A stretch of 64,000 bases of DNA from Phoronis australis (GCA_002633005.1 NMRA01000287.1:1-64000); one strand, 5' to 3'; counted from the first letter of the stretch, positions 39,422 through 52,415 are shown. The notes: a model not told the origin generated them from the sequence alone. Program-made: numbers and translations.

Positions 39422-39833
39422 CAGGTTTGGCGGCAGTTTTGACGTAAACGTCATTGGTAGGTTCAATTAATCTGGTTTTCTTGTATCTGTGACCATGCTG
39501 GAAAGAGAGAAAAAACACCAGTGTGGCTGTAGATACACTTTCCTTGAGATGGCAGCACCATACAACATTTTTGCGTAGCGAATGAGAAATCTGCTGCCAT
39601 TTCAGGTAACACTCAAACAACCAGAATTGGGAAAATGTAATGAAATGGCAATACTTTTGAGCCACCCTTTTGGAATCAGTAGGAAATTTGCTTTCAGAAT
39701 CTAGTGTTGGCTCACATATATATCTAGTATTGGCAGGGAAGTGGTGGTTTGGGCTGAAAACTGCCAATTTTGCGCTTTTCGCCAACTTTTTTGGAGCCAC
39801 GCTTTCTGTTTTGGTGATAATAAAAGAGACAGA

Positions 39834-41192
39834 ATAGACCTAATTCACGCCGACAGGAGGCGCGTTCTAAAACAGCGCTCGCCACGACAGCTCTGTTGGC
39901 TTATCGACACACTGGGTCCTAGTCTGCGTTGCTGGAACGTCTAGAAAAAATACGGACACTCAACTGTCTGTTTTACAATTCCTAAGGACGTTGAGATTAG
40001 AAAGCGTTGGGTTGTTGCCATACGCTGCGACGAAGAAAAACGTGTCCGTGTAAAATTCATAAATGTGTTCGAAAAGTTAGATGATATTTTGTCTCACCTC
40101 GATTGTCAAGCATTACAGCACTGACGACCGGAGAATCTTCAGCCAGCCAGGCTGTTTTTTCATGACTACGGGTTGAAACATGATGCATTTTTCTTTCCAA
40201 AAAGGACAGGGCCCTCAATCCTTCTATTTTGGGGCCGAATATCGGCCCTATTCTTCTCTCAAAAATACTGAAAAATCCCCCACAATTCCCCCCATAAGGC
40301 CTAAAAATTCTATGCCCTAGTGATTGAAAAGTTCTCCCCGAAGTTCAAATCACCTGCAACCACACAGGTGACACTTTGAAAGAACACAAAAATGGTACTT
40401 GAGACAGAGCCTATGAGAGCTTTCAGGGAGATTTTTCCCCTCACTTGGTGAAAAAAATTCCCCTCTCAGAAGGCACGGCCAAATTTCCCCTCGGATCAAC
40501 GAGTCCCCTGTCCAGTTAACTGAAATTGAGCTCTAAAACGAAGTTATGCTTTGGACGAACGAGTTAGGTGTTTTAATTTTAAAATTCTAACTTGGTCCAG
40601 TATTTTCAATTACGAGCCTGTTTTTTATTTTAATAAAATATATTTAATAACGTCAATTATTCTTTCAGATCAATGACAAATCAACTGATAGTTCCTGTAG
40701 TCCCTACCTCATCAGTACCTAGGCTATGCTTGATGTCAATTTTCTTGATCAACAAATTAAACTGGATGTGACTAATTGAACATGACAGCAAAATGCGATG
40801 AGTCACCACTGTCGAATATATCTTCTAACTCGTCAACAATACAAGCAGATGACCTGGTTCGTGTAGAAAACATTTTTATCAACAATTTACAAGAAGAAAC
40901 GTAACCCTGCATTCAACATAATACATAATCCGTAACACTACGATCGCCGCAGTTTGGTCATATTTACTTTTCATGTTTCGAACCTAGTTTTCCGAAAAAA
41001 ATATACTCTTTCGTCAGACAACTCTTTGGTGCATTGACTCGTTCTCTGATTTATTTTTTCTACGTCTCCGTGGTTAATTATCGACATATTTTCAAGATTT
41101 AATATCCAGGTTGGACTCGAGCAACTTCCGCTTTCTTTATCACAGTGAGCCTCGCTTTGGATTTTAATGTCCGCGGCGTGAATTAGGTCTAT
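39834..41192 (+). mobile_element. Non-autonomous TIR DNA element with THAP remnant (superfamily uncertain)
   Basis: 19-bp perfect TIR ATAGACCTAATTCACGCCG / CGGCGTGAATTAGGTCTAT; GAGACAGAATA repeated at both flanks; internal FPKDVEIRKRWVVAIRCDE (~39978-40035). Confidence 0.72.
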
Positions 41193-41425
41193 ACGAGACA
41201 GAATAACAGTTTCGTGGTCATTTGCAGAGGTTTTGAAGTGCATAAGTTATGTAAGACACTACCTATTTATAGTAGTAAAACGAAAACATATAGTTGTTTC
41301 TTGTTTTACACAAAAGCGTGACCACTAGTTGAGACCCAACATCTCAGTCTGCACTTGATAGTTCGTCGTCACGACGAACAGAGCAGAGGCCAAGGTAAGA
41401 CGATACAAATCAACGAAAATACTAG

Positions 41426-42420
41426 CAGTGGCGGATCTACGATGTCACAAGGGGGGGGGGCAACATTTTGTCCGGCTGTAAGCATTTGCGCAAACTGAGC
41501 CGTGATTGTAGATGCGCATAGCACCGAATGGGGTTTTTTTTTCTGTTTTTACCTCTAAAAATAAAGCATTTTCCTTGATTCCTGAAGTTTTTATCCAAGA
41601 AAAAAAGGCAAAAAAAAAAACACAGAGAACGTGTCAAACAGGAAAAAATGAAATTACCAAAGACTCGGACTCACGACCTGACGGATAGTGCGCGCGTGCG
41701 TTACCACTACACCACCATGACTTAACTACTAATCTCATACTAAAAGACCTACTTGTTTATGGTCCACAGCGTTTGAGCGCGAAACCTACGTCTTTTTGTT
41801 ATGCTTATTACACGTTTTATATTTTGTGCCATCAATTCTTAACAAATTTGTCGTATTTAAAATAGTCTTCAAATGCCCAAAAGACCAAATCCGTTTTTCG
41901 TGTTGGCAATAATGACGGGATTGCTTTGGAAATCGTCTTGAGATAAGGTTTGACAAAGAGATTATTGCCAGTTTCTGAGTGATTCACTAAGGCTTCGATT
42001 AAAATTCACATCTTACCAGCAGCTTCTTTTTTCCATCGTCACTCAGGTTCCATTCTCTTTAAAAATTGAAGTAAATTTTCTTCATTGCACAGTGGAGCAG
42101 ACGACGGAAACGGAGTCGTAGTGCGCAGCGCCACTGCCGGTCGCCTGGGATATCGCGGGAGAGCCTATACTGAGCCATTGTTCCGTTACGAATGCACCGT
42201 GTTCCAAATTTGACACTTGAAATTGGATTTGAACCCCCCCCCCAACACTAAACTGCACTCATTTAAATCTTTTTTTCATCATTATAATTTTAATTACCGG
42301 GGTTAATTAATATAATTAATAAACTCACCATTTCCCTACGCTCTTACTGTTTTACTTTTTTTGCGGCAGCCAAGGGAGGGGGGGGGACGGGCCCCCTGGA
42401 CCCCCCTAAATCCGACTATG
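41426..42420. mobile_element. Second copy of the 30147-31094 TIR element
   Basis: Colinear similarity throughout, with the same termini. Confidence 0.8.
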
Positions 42421-43552
42421 ACTACAATATAAATAAAAATGTTGAACTGGAAAGCATGCGGCATATTTTCAGTGTGATTCAATAATTCACTGAACACTTT
42501 CTTTATAGATTCAGCTATAGACACAGCGCAGGTTGCGACATACGTTTCCAGTCCGCTTTTCTGCTCCGTTTTCCCCATTATTGCCGGATGTTGTGGCGCA
42601 CGTGCTCGAGCAAAACGTGCAAACTCCATGGGGTGTATTGTAAGTATGCACTTATCAGTGAGGTCTGTGGCTGAAGATCAAAAAGTAAAAGACGTAAACA
42701 GTTGTTACTTTAAATAAAATAGGTGCAAGCATTTTCAGGCACAGTCCTTTTTCAAAATATAGAAGGAGAAAAGTGTGCCCGAAAATTTGGCAACAGTTTA
42801 TTTTTACCGTTTTTGATATTCATTTCCTGCTAAACTAAAGGACGTTTCACTTCTCACCTGTCAATACGGTAGTCATGAATTACACTGCGACACTAGCGCT
42901 ATTCACCCACAATGCTACAAGGAAGCACCCGGTATCAACCACTTTTAAAACCTCTTGTTCCCGCCATTGGAGCAATGTCAGCGAGGTTTTATTGTTCTGA
43001 TATGGGCTGCAATTGTGACGTTAGAAAGTTGGATAAACTTGACTGGTATCCCTGGATGCCTGATGTTTCGATAAATGATGAAAATCAGCCCGACATTTCC
43101 AAAACGAGGTCAGTATTACAACACTATTTCCTACCTCCGCGGCAAAGGATAATTTTATGCCGGACTGTCGTATTTGGTTGCTGATTACAAACGACATTAA
43201 TATATAAATTGGAGTTGTCTGTATTTTCAGTGATTTGGACGATGTCTACCAAACGTGTCAAATACGTAATTCGATTGCTTAGATTGTGTGCAAGTCACAA
43301 ATCTTGAATGTAATGACTTCAAAGACAAGTTCAGACATAGCGAATCCTGATAGGTAGCGAGAAATTCTGTTTTGGAAACTGTTTACACAGGAATGTAATA
43401 TCTTCTTGCCTTCCAGAGAGCCTGTGTTGTCATCTTTACCATACTTGCTGTGATAGCGGCGTCCGTTCAAACTGTTTTATGTGGCCTTCAAGGTTTCGCA
43501 TCGATAGATCCATACGTAAGCTACCCAAGATAACCAAGATAACGGGTGCCAT

Positions 43553-43945
43553 AGAATCATACGCACGAGCATTGCATCTTACGCACGATCAACCTACGAA
43601 CCTACATACATGAATCATGCAGACGAACCCAAAGATCATAATTACGAGCAAAAATTATGCACACGAACCACAAAAATCATGCGCACGAACCACAAAAATC
43701 ACAAATACGAACACAAATCACACACAAGAGAATCGAATCACACACACGAACACATTGTAATTTGATGGTTCGCCGTGCGTATGATTTGGATGCTCGTGCG
43801 TATGATTTGTGTTCGTGTGTTTGTTTTTGTGGTTCGTGTGCATGATTTTGTAACTATGTGTGATTTTTGGGTTTTTATACATGATTCATAGGTTCGTAGG
43901 TGGTTCGTGCGTGTGATTTGGATTCTCGTGCGTATGCGATTCGTG
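43553..43945. repeat. ~390-bp foldback/palindromic element built of ~21-bp subrepeats
   Basis: Left arm AATCATACGCACGA/ACCTACGAACCTA/CACGAACCACAAAAA is mirrored by right arm TTTTTGTGGTTCGTG/TAGGTTCGTAGGT/TCGTGCGTATG. Confidence 0.75.
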
Positions 43946-45611
43946 AATATCACTGTGCTCAACATTTAGTGCTTTTAACTTTAGGTGACACATAACGTGA
44001 GTAATGCACTAAATTCCATCATTCAAAGTGGTTCTCTGCCAATGACAACCAAGTTAAATTGTTCAACAGTCATTTTTATGGTTTGTTGGTAAAGATGTTG
44101 AATTTCTGTTGATTTCAACAAAGGCGATGTGTTTTAACAGAAATAGTGACGAGCAGTTTTAACTGCTCGTCTCTACATCGGTATTCCTCCCACACGGAAA
44201 AGCACCTCTCTTTTCTTGATATGTCAAGACCTTTGACTTTTGATGTAAACAAAGCCATTGCGACTGCAGGCAGCAGCCAGTCTGCCTTCGTTGAGCACAT
44301 GCGCATTACGCATATTATGTTAGGGACGCAGAATTTTGAAAACGTATTAGAACGAATTAAGAGTTTTTATTTCGTTTGCGTTTCAAAAATAGTGAGCCTG
44401 AGGGTTTTTTCTTGAAATTCTTACAGCATTCAAAGTGAATAGCTTCCCTTACGTTATCATCCCACAGAAATAGATTGGCTACGATCTGTTTAAAATTATT
44501 TTAACGAGTTTTTGTGTTCCATGACTCTCTTTTTCACGAAAAAGACCATACGTATGCAACACACGTGCAAGCACACGCCACCACTAGGTGGCACGATTAC
44601 TGTAGTCGCATTTCTGAGCTTTTCCTGGCCTTAGAGTCGAAGCTTTGTTGCTTGTTAAATAATGTTGAGCTCATGTTATCAAAAACTCGTGCAATCTTAA
44701 TTTTTTGAAACTAAGTGATTTTTGGTCAACGACTCGAGCAGTCTTTCTGATTGTGATGTGCATGCTCATTCATAACTGGCTATAACAAGAATATACACAC
44801 TTGCAGTTTATTCAGCAAAAGTCTGAAGCTGGATTAGCGGTGGGATGCCTCGCCTTGGTCGGATGCTTTTTGGCCATTTTAACTTTCTTCACGGCTACAG
44901 TGTTGTCAAGTATTGCCTGCTGTTGCCCTGGTGACGCACGGCATGTGAGTACTTCCGATTTAGAATATCGCTTCCGATCATCGTAGTATTCCCCTGTCGA
45001 CGTCACAGCTTCTTTCAGCAGTTGCCAGAGCTTTGAATATGGAACAAAATGAGACCGGCTCGATAACCTTAAAGGAATGCGAAACTTGATTCTGATCTAT
45101 TAACAGATACTAAAAACGACTTACCTATCTAGTGCTCTGAAACCAAATAATACTCTGCAAGACTCGACCACTCTCAAAGGTTTTGAGGAAAATTTGGAAA
45201 CTCCTTTCAAAATCTGCAAAACGTGCAAACGTGACCTACGCTTTTAGTGAGTTAGGCAGCAACTGTGGGAAGAGACCACCCACCAAGGACCATTACTTGT
45301 ATGTCCAGTTTGTGAGACGGGGTAGGAGGTTTTAGTTGATTCCTGCCTTTAACTTGGAAGATTGACGTCAATGAGGCATTAGCAGGTGACAGAACGAGAA
45401 TTAGCTGTAATCATCAAAACAGGGTTTAGTATCCTTTTAAGTAGCCGAAGTCCAATTAGTTGTTCTTGACAAAGTGCGATCAGGTATTGTGTCTCTAAAG
45501 CTGCTAATCTGCTATACATTGTAATACATTGCCATACAATGTAAAACTTCACATTGTAAATTTGCCTCTAGACTAGACCTCTTACTGTCATGGAAATGGA
45601 GTCAATTTGTT

Positions 45612-45915
45612 CTTGAGTCAAATTGCTCCTGCGCCAAATTGCTCCTGCGCCAAATTGCTCTTGCGCCAAATTGCTCCTGCGCACTAAACTGATCCTGCGC
45701 CAAACTGCTCCTGAGCAAAACTGCTCCTGAGCCAAACTGCTCTTGAGCCAAATTGCTCCTGAGCCAAACTGCCCCTGAGCCAAACTGCTCCTGCACCAAA
45801 CTGCTCCTGTGCCAAACTGATCTTGCGCCAAACTGCTCTTGAGCCAAACTGCTCCTGAGCCAAACTGCTCCTGAGCCAAACTGCTCCTGAGTCAAACTGC
45901 TCCTGAGTCAAATTG
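45612..45915. repeat. 16-bp minisatellite (CAAACTGCTCCTGAGC), ~19 copies
   Basis: Direct reading; explains the three overlapping repetitive ORFs. Confidence 0.92.
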
Positions 45916-46171
45916 TTCCGAAGTAATTTTTAAAGTCAAATTGGAGGTACTTCCAGGGCCAGTGACAGCTAGTTATTTTTTGAGACCAGCCTCTACATGT
46001 TGGTTTCTTACGGAGGGTCATTTCTTGTTTTATCAGTCAACCATGGTATCGACGAATAACGGATTGTTAGTTCCTTGCGAAGCTTAAATCACTTCTCATC
46101 TGAGTAATGAACATGTTGTGACCAGTTTGTGCAACAGTGCGTAAGTAGTCTAAACAAATAGTTCGAATCTT

Positions 46172-46295
46172 GGCGTGTTTACAGGCGCGTGTTTACAGGC
46201 GTGTGTTTATATATACAGGCGCGTGTTTACAGGCACGTGTTTACAGGCGTGTGTTTATATATACAGGCGCGTGTTTACAGGCACGTGTTTACAAG
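46172..46295. repeat. 14-bp tandem repeat (ACAGGCGYGTGTTT) with higher-order duplication
   Basis: Direct reading. Confidence 0.85.
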
Positions 46296-47094
46296 TGCTT
46301 GTTCACTTTTTACGATATAAGCCCCTGGGCTAGGATCGATTAGGCACTTCTTTACTATTGTTGAAAAGCGTGCTTGTTTAAGAAGTTGGCTTGTTACGGC
46401 AAATTAGTTCATGCGCCCAGCAAAGTCTCAAGCAAACTTCCAGTTCTCACCAAACTTCATTTGAGTAAAGAACAAAGTGATCAATTTTATGGCAATAAGT
46501 GGCCTAGATCAAAAACGTATTTTTGTGACGTAACGCAGGTTTATAGCAGCCTTTAGTTTAAATAACGTTTCGTCTGTTGAAGACGTGACCTCACTTAAAC
46601 TGATTTTAACACACAATTCTTTAAAAAAATGATATTTCCTATTTTGGTACTCTGCTTTAATGGCCTCTGAAATAATAAAATGACAAAAAGCTGGGACCCA
46701 GAATTTATATACATGTATCTGCAAAGTTGAACAAGCTATGATTGCTTTTTGCTTTCGTTTTACTATTATAGCGTAACCGGGACCTGTGAGTTGTTGTTTC
46801 ATTATTGTTTTTCAACATTTTAGGTAGAGACGTACCAGATGTCTTAGATTGAAACATGAATTTCCTCCGATTTCCGAAAGGTGTAGCACCAATTCTCGTC
46901 AGCCTACAGAATTTACTGCCTCTTGGACTTGTCCCGGAACAACATGTGACTTACATTGTTTGAACACGCGAGGCAGTCGAGTGTCTCAAATTGTAGTCGT
47001 CTCGCCTTTAACTGAGGAACCCCGAACCTTGAATTTCGGAACCCATGACTTGAACGTGTCCTCCTTGTCTCCAAAAAGGACGCTGGATTGCTTC

Positions 47095-47800
47095 TTTGGA
47101 ACAAAATGTATGGAACTACACCTAATTTCAGAAAAATTGAATTGCATGCTGTCAAGAATCTGTTGTGAAGCGTCTGAAAGAGTTCCCAGCATGCATTGTC
47201 TTATTTTTTGAGGTTTCGATTAGCTAATATGAAATGAATACCATAAAATCTAACATAATAATCATTTTTTGCCAAAAAGTCGAGAGTTTTTGAATCTTGA
47301 AGAAAAATAAGGTATTTCCAAGTTTACCGCCAAATGATGTAATTGGTGGAAGACCTTTGGTCATTTGGTGTCGAGTCGATTCCTTGAAATGAGCCGAACA
47401 AACTGTAGCATGTTCCGCATTGACATTACACACTCTCATACAGCGCACAAACCGATGCCATTTCCGCGCAACTTTCACGTAGGCATACTTAGGAAATTTG
47501 AACACAGACACGTTCTCGGTCAAGTTGCTGTTGCTACAGCCTCCATGCAAACGTACATTTTTATGTCTGAAAAAATGCGACTCTCCTTGGACTTGTCTCA
47601 CAACTCCTCAGTATCGTACTGGTAAAAACAACAACGGAGGAGGCGGTCTTCCACCCATTACGCACAACCCGTATAACGGAAAAATATATATTTTTATTTT
47701 TTAACTTTTTTCTTAGCAGCAGGTATGCTAAAGGCTATTAAATATCTTGAGATGTATTAATAAAATTCTTTTTTATGAACAGGGTCATGATGGGAAGTCC
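47095..47800 (-). mobile_element. Degraded THAP-domain transposase 5' end, possibly Kolobok-type
   Basis: GCSNSNLTENVSVFKFPK..ARKWHRFVR..ATVCSAHF (ORF 47224..47601) and LKLGVVPYI (AVPT-box-like, ~47110-47135). Candidate terminus ...GGGAAGTCC|TTAA at 47800. Confidence 0.55.
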
Positions 47801-49737
47801 TTAATAACTGAATATGCTGTGTTGTTACTGCCTTATGACATCACACGCTCATTTACATTAAATAACTAGTTGACTTTTATTATGACTGTGTAGTCGTTTA
47901 ACTATTACACGCGGACATTTGGATTACTGAATGTAGTGACGAGACACTATATAACACATGAACCCCATTCTGAAAAGTAGAACGCAAGTAAATTTTGATA
48001 CATTTGACAGAAATGTAAGTATTACTCACATTGTAATCTGGGGATGTGACGTCACAAACTCATCAGATTGGTCTTGTTTCATAACAAATGACTTTACTCA
48101 GAAAGTCTGTCTTACGCTCCACACAGTTAGTCTGAAAAACTGACAACCGTGATGTGCTAACAACTCATCATGCTTATTCAAAACTGATATTTGAAGCTTG
48201 AGCCTAACCTGACTTCAATATGTACATCTTTCTGCCAGCAGCAGCAACGATGTCATCGAGGCAACGACGAAGTGTGAGATCTTGCCAGACACTAATTCAT
48301 CTGTCACCCGATTTCCCTGATAATTCCAGCGTGAACTATTGTTTTAGTATTTGTACGAGTCAATTCTGCACAGCACTACTTTGACAAAATGGTTGACATT
48401 ACATCGACTGCGCATTTACTAATTACATTGTAATGTTACGTTTTATGAACACTGGTCGTCGGCGATTTTTAGCAAAATGTAAACGTTATACGAGTGCTTA
48501 CTGTGGACGAAAAATCCTTTATTGACTTTATTTAATGCTTTTAAAGGTAAAACAACACATGAATGAAGAAACAATATATTTTTCCAATCATAAGATGTTT
48601 ATAAAATTATTTAAAGCATTTATTTTGTTAATAAAAAATACTCAACTTGTTTGGGAAATATTTGCCCCAGTTATGGAAGGTGTACCTGTCTTGATATGTC
48701 CCTGCTGTTAGAGTGGAAACATGGAATCAAAAGTAAAATTTCTTCTCTAATGCAAACTGCAATCAGGTTTTCTAGCACAAATTCTCCCTACATTTTATGA
48801 ACGAAATAGTATTCAGGAATGTTCTGCACATTAATGGTTAAAATACTCTGAAAAAACTGCAAAATATCTGGAGGAATGTCAGAATGAAGTCATTGAAATA
48901 GAGAAATGTTGCCTTAACGTCTGTACTGTGGGCGTGAAGCCAGTTACATGATATAAAAACCTTGAAAATTTTACTTAAATTTTATATAATCTCGGTTTTG
49001 TTCACGAATAAAGCGCCTTTTAACGATGGGGTAAGGCAAACTGCAACCACAATAAGTCACACGAAATGATAATTGTTAGAGTAAAGTAAGAATTGGATTA
49101 CGGTTGGTGAGAAAAGAACTAGAATTTGTAAGAACAACAGTTATGTTAATGGGGTGAGGACCTTGTAAAGATTCAGTCTTGCAATGCTGAATCACCGCGA
49201 AATGATGGCAAACATTCAACACTGAGCGCTGAAATTTCATATCCATTTTCATTAGTGAGAATCTACGAACTAAATGTCATTGACGGCACAATCAGCTATT
49301 TTGTTCTGCCGTGTATACATATTTGAATTTTAATTTCTGTATGGTATTAGTGCTGTGATAAAAATAATGTTAAACATCAGTGGCGGATCTAGGATATCAC
49401 AAGGGGGGGGCCCAACTTTTTGTTCGGCTGTAGGCATTTGCGCAAACTGCACCACGANACATATACATATCAATACCAAAACTATGAGCAACAGGGTTAG
49501 CGTCAGCGTTTACGTCAAGCACAGTATGACTGTTATGGTTATTGCTTAATACTGGCCCAGACAGCTTTTTAAAATGCCACCGAGATTCACGCTGAGACAA
49601 GTGCACTGAGCACTTTTTTCGTCTGTGAACTTTGCTACAGAGATGTAATTGCATAAACACAATTTGCTGTCTAGTTCTTAAAATGGAAGCGTTGCATACT
49701 TGGTCGACTGAGATAGATTGTGTAAACTGGGTGTTGA

Positions 49738-49752
49738 GTTCTTGAACATTCC
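49738..49752 (+). promoter_or_regulatory. Heat-shock element (three inverted nGAAn units)
   Basis: gTTCt-tGAAc-aTTCc, ~115 bp upstream of the TATA-like box of a small HSP gene. Confidence 0.78.
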
Positions 49753-49867
49753 TCTGAAATGATTCATCCTAAAGCCCGGAAGGTGAACCCGTTTTACCTG
49801 CTAAACGATTTTCTACGTTGTGTACAAAGCATGCACGGAGCTCGTCATTGCATGCAGAGTTGTTTCC

Positions 49868-49875
49868 TATAAGTA
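49868..49875 (+). promoter_or_regulatory. TATA-like box of sHSP gene
   Basis: CCTATAAGTA located between the HSE and a splice donor at 49931. Confidence 0.55.
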
Positions 49876-49930
49876 GACCTACCGTCAAGCAGAGATTGCA
49901 TTGCAGCACTGAAAAACGGACTCAAATCAG

Positions 49931-50360
49931 GTATGTTAGACAGACTAACTAAGAGGTGTATTACCGGAATGTAGATAGTTTTAAACGCCAGTTCTTTTTC
50001 CAATTGGGAACTTCTGAAAACAGGTCCTAGGCTATGTACACGTACGTAGGATCATAGACCTAAATATTCGAAGAACATTTTAAAAGGAAAACAGGCTTAC
50101 TTTTGGAGATGTGGATTTGTTTTGTTTAATGAATGAATGAGCGCTGATTAAACTATTTTCAGTAGGTAGCGTTATCATTTAGTGAATGTGCGACGACTTC
50201 GTTAGTGCTTTGTCTGTGTCAATTACATGCAAAATAAGTGCGTGTAACGCGACGAAATAGACAAAACAGGTCAAATGGACACAAGGATCAGAACATGTGG
50301 ATTTAATTCAAAGGACTGAAAAAGATTGTTGCTAATAAATGGTAAATCTGGTCATTGCAG
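49931..50360 (+). other. Predicted 5'-UTR intron of sHSP gene
   Basis: Donor CAG|GTATGT at 49931; acceptor CATTGCAG| at 50360, 3 nt before the ATG; GCTAAT branch-like motif at ~50331. Confidence 0.6.
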
Positions 50361-50363
50361 AAA

Positions 50364-50867
50364 ATGTCGTATTTGTCAGTGTTCGATCGCCATGTTCCCA
50401 TTCTCCGCCGCCATTACGGTTACTTTGATCACCTACCTGATGTCTGGAGAGAAGAGCGAAGAAACTGGCAAATGTCGAACATTGACGAAGAAATTCGAAG
50501 AATCAAATCAAAAATGTTCATGCTCGACCCACTGGAGGGCACATCAAGCAAGTCACTAACACTTGGTAACGACCGCGTCGTCGATAGATGGGGAAAAGAT
50601 GGGAAAGACTTGAAAATAGAGTTTGATGTCCAAAAGTTTGCTCCAGACGAAATCGAAATTTCAACGAAGAACAACATGATGACGGTCCATGGCAAGCACA
50701 AGGAAGAAAAACAGGAAGGGAATTGCTATTCAAGTATTTATCGCGAGTTTAGCAAGCAGTTTGTTTTGCCAGCAGGAACCAGCGCGGAGGAGATGCAAGC
50801 AGAGTTGCACAAAGATGGCGTACTGACCGTACAGGCTCCTGTTCGTATCCCTGTGACACACAAGTGA
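50364..50867 (+). CDS. Small heat-shock protein (HSP20/alpha-crystallin domain), 167 aa
   Basis: LKIEFDVQKFAPDEIEI...TVHGKHKEE...YREFSKQFVLP...AELHKDGVLTVQAP plus C-terminal IPV (IxI/V) motif; ATG in AAAATGT context. Confidence 0.92.
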   Translation: MSYLSVFDRHVPILRRHYGYFDHLPDVWREERRNWQMSNIDEEIRRIKSKMFMLDPLEGTSSKSLTLGNDRVVDRWGKDGKDLKIEFDVQKFAPDEIEISTKNNMMTVHGKHKEEKQEGNCYSSIYREFSKQFVLPAGTSAEEMQAELHKDGVLTVQAPVRIPVTHK

Positions 50868-52403
50868 AGGGCTAAGCTGGTGCTTTAAAGGAAATACACG
50901 CTACTTATGGGCTCATGGTTAGAGCTTTTCAAAATTTCAAGAGTGCACAGAATACCTGGACGACAGTTTGTCTTTTTGAAAAAGTATAACAATGATTTCT
51001 CTGCCAAAATGACATTTACATATTATAGTGTAATCCACAGTGGCTAAAGTGTCACGAAATATTCGACAATAACGTGAACTTAGTGAACTGAACACAGCCC
51101 ATGTGTTGTTTAAAAAGGAACAGACTTATAAAACTTTTTCGTTGTGTTTACAGAATTACAAAGAAGATGATATGTTGACAATAATTGCGTTGTTGTAAAC
51201 TGTATGTTTGAAGAACGTTTGTTCTTACACGTGGCTCGCTTTGAAACTTACAATAATATGACGATACTTCCTTACAGGATTTTAATATCGGTGCTGTCTA
51301 AAACCAACCTCAACATTTAATTGTTCGCCAAAATGTAAACGTGCATTAAAACTGTTCGCTTTTTTCACCATAACTGTTCATTTACATAACGGTCATGACT
51401 AAGCATCAGTAACTCCCTGACATCTAATCTGACGTTTCTAAACAAAAAACTTACTTCAATTTCTACCTTTACATACATAGTGGTCACGGTATACAATACA
51501 GAATTAAGAGGTGTTTGCGTCTACACCGAACCACGGCTCGAGTTTGTGACCAACGGGTCGCAAATGCGACTTCAGATTTTGTGCGGTAACCCACTAAAAA
51601 TGCAGTCACCAGGAAGTTGCCAATTTTCAAAACTCAACAGGAATTAAAGTGTCGCAGGTCGGATTTTTTGCCAAAAAACAACGAAATCTGACGCAGGCTC
51701 AAACAATGTTTGCTGATCACGTGCTTTAGAGTGAAGGCGAACAAGGGTGGAATATTCGTCTGAACTCCAGAAAACGCCACAGCGGCTTTTTCTGTTGTCA
51801 GGGGGAACATAGAGGTGTTTCAACTTGCAAGATGGACTGAATGTTTGGTCCAAAGGTAAAAAGGTAAGCACGTTATCGAACTGCCCACACATGGGTTTAT
51901 CATTTTTGTTGAGCTCGTTCAGCGTTTGGCGGCATGGACATTTTGAAAGATCACTTTTGGCAACTTGACGTTATGCTAAGTGTCAAGCTCTACAAACCAT
52001 GAGTTGCTAACATTTTGTTGTCTCACAACTGGGAACGGACCACTAGTATGACAAACGATGGGCTTACACCAATTATGAATTTAACAAAAAATATCTACCA
52101 AGATTTGTGATGATTTTTTAAAATATTAATCTTACTATCACAGTGTAAAATTTTCACTGATCACATTAAGAAACTTGAGTTATTTTCTGTGAACATACAA
52201 GTAATATAATGCTTGCTCTGGGTTAGGTCTAACTACTGTACATTATATTTTTGTAACTGACATTTAAAAAAATTGATTTTAATAGCAGTGTCGTAAAATT
52301 GCTATTCGTCTTAATTACGTTATATTCCAGTGATATAATAAAGTTCAGGCAAAATTAAACCTTTTGTTGTCATCCAATTGAACGTTCCATAGCGCAATCA
52401 ACA

Positions 52404-52415
52404 CACTTGACATTT
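52404..52415 (+). promoter_or_regulatory. CACTTGACATTT element upstream of intact subfamily-2 GPCR
   Basis: Same 12-mer, orientation and distance (139 bp to ATG) as in the subfamily-1 genes. Confidence 0.5.

Noticed and set aside
45568-45911. Three overlapping repetitive ORFs (AQEQFGSGAVWLRSSL)
   Set aside because: A 16-bp minisatellite read in three frames.
51530-51990. Possible hAT/BED-finger transposon remnant between sHSP and GPCR
   Set aside because: Only vague resemblance; no paired TIR, TSD or convincing motif found.
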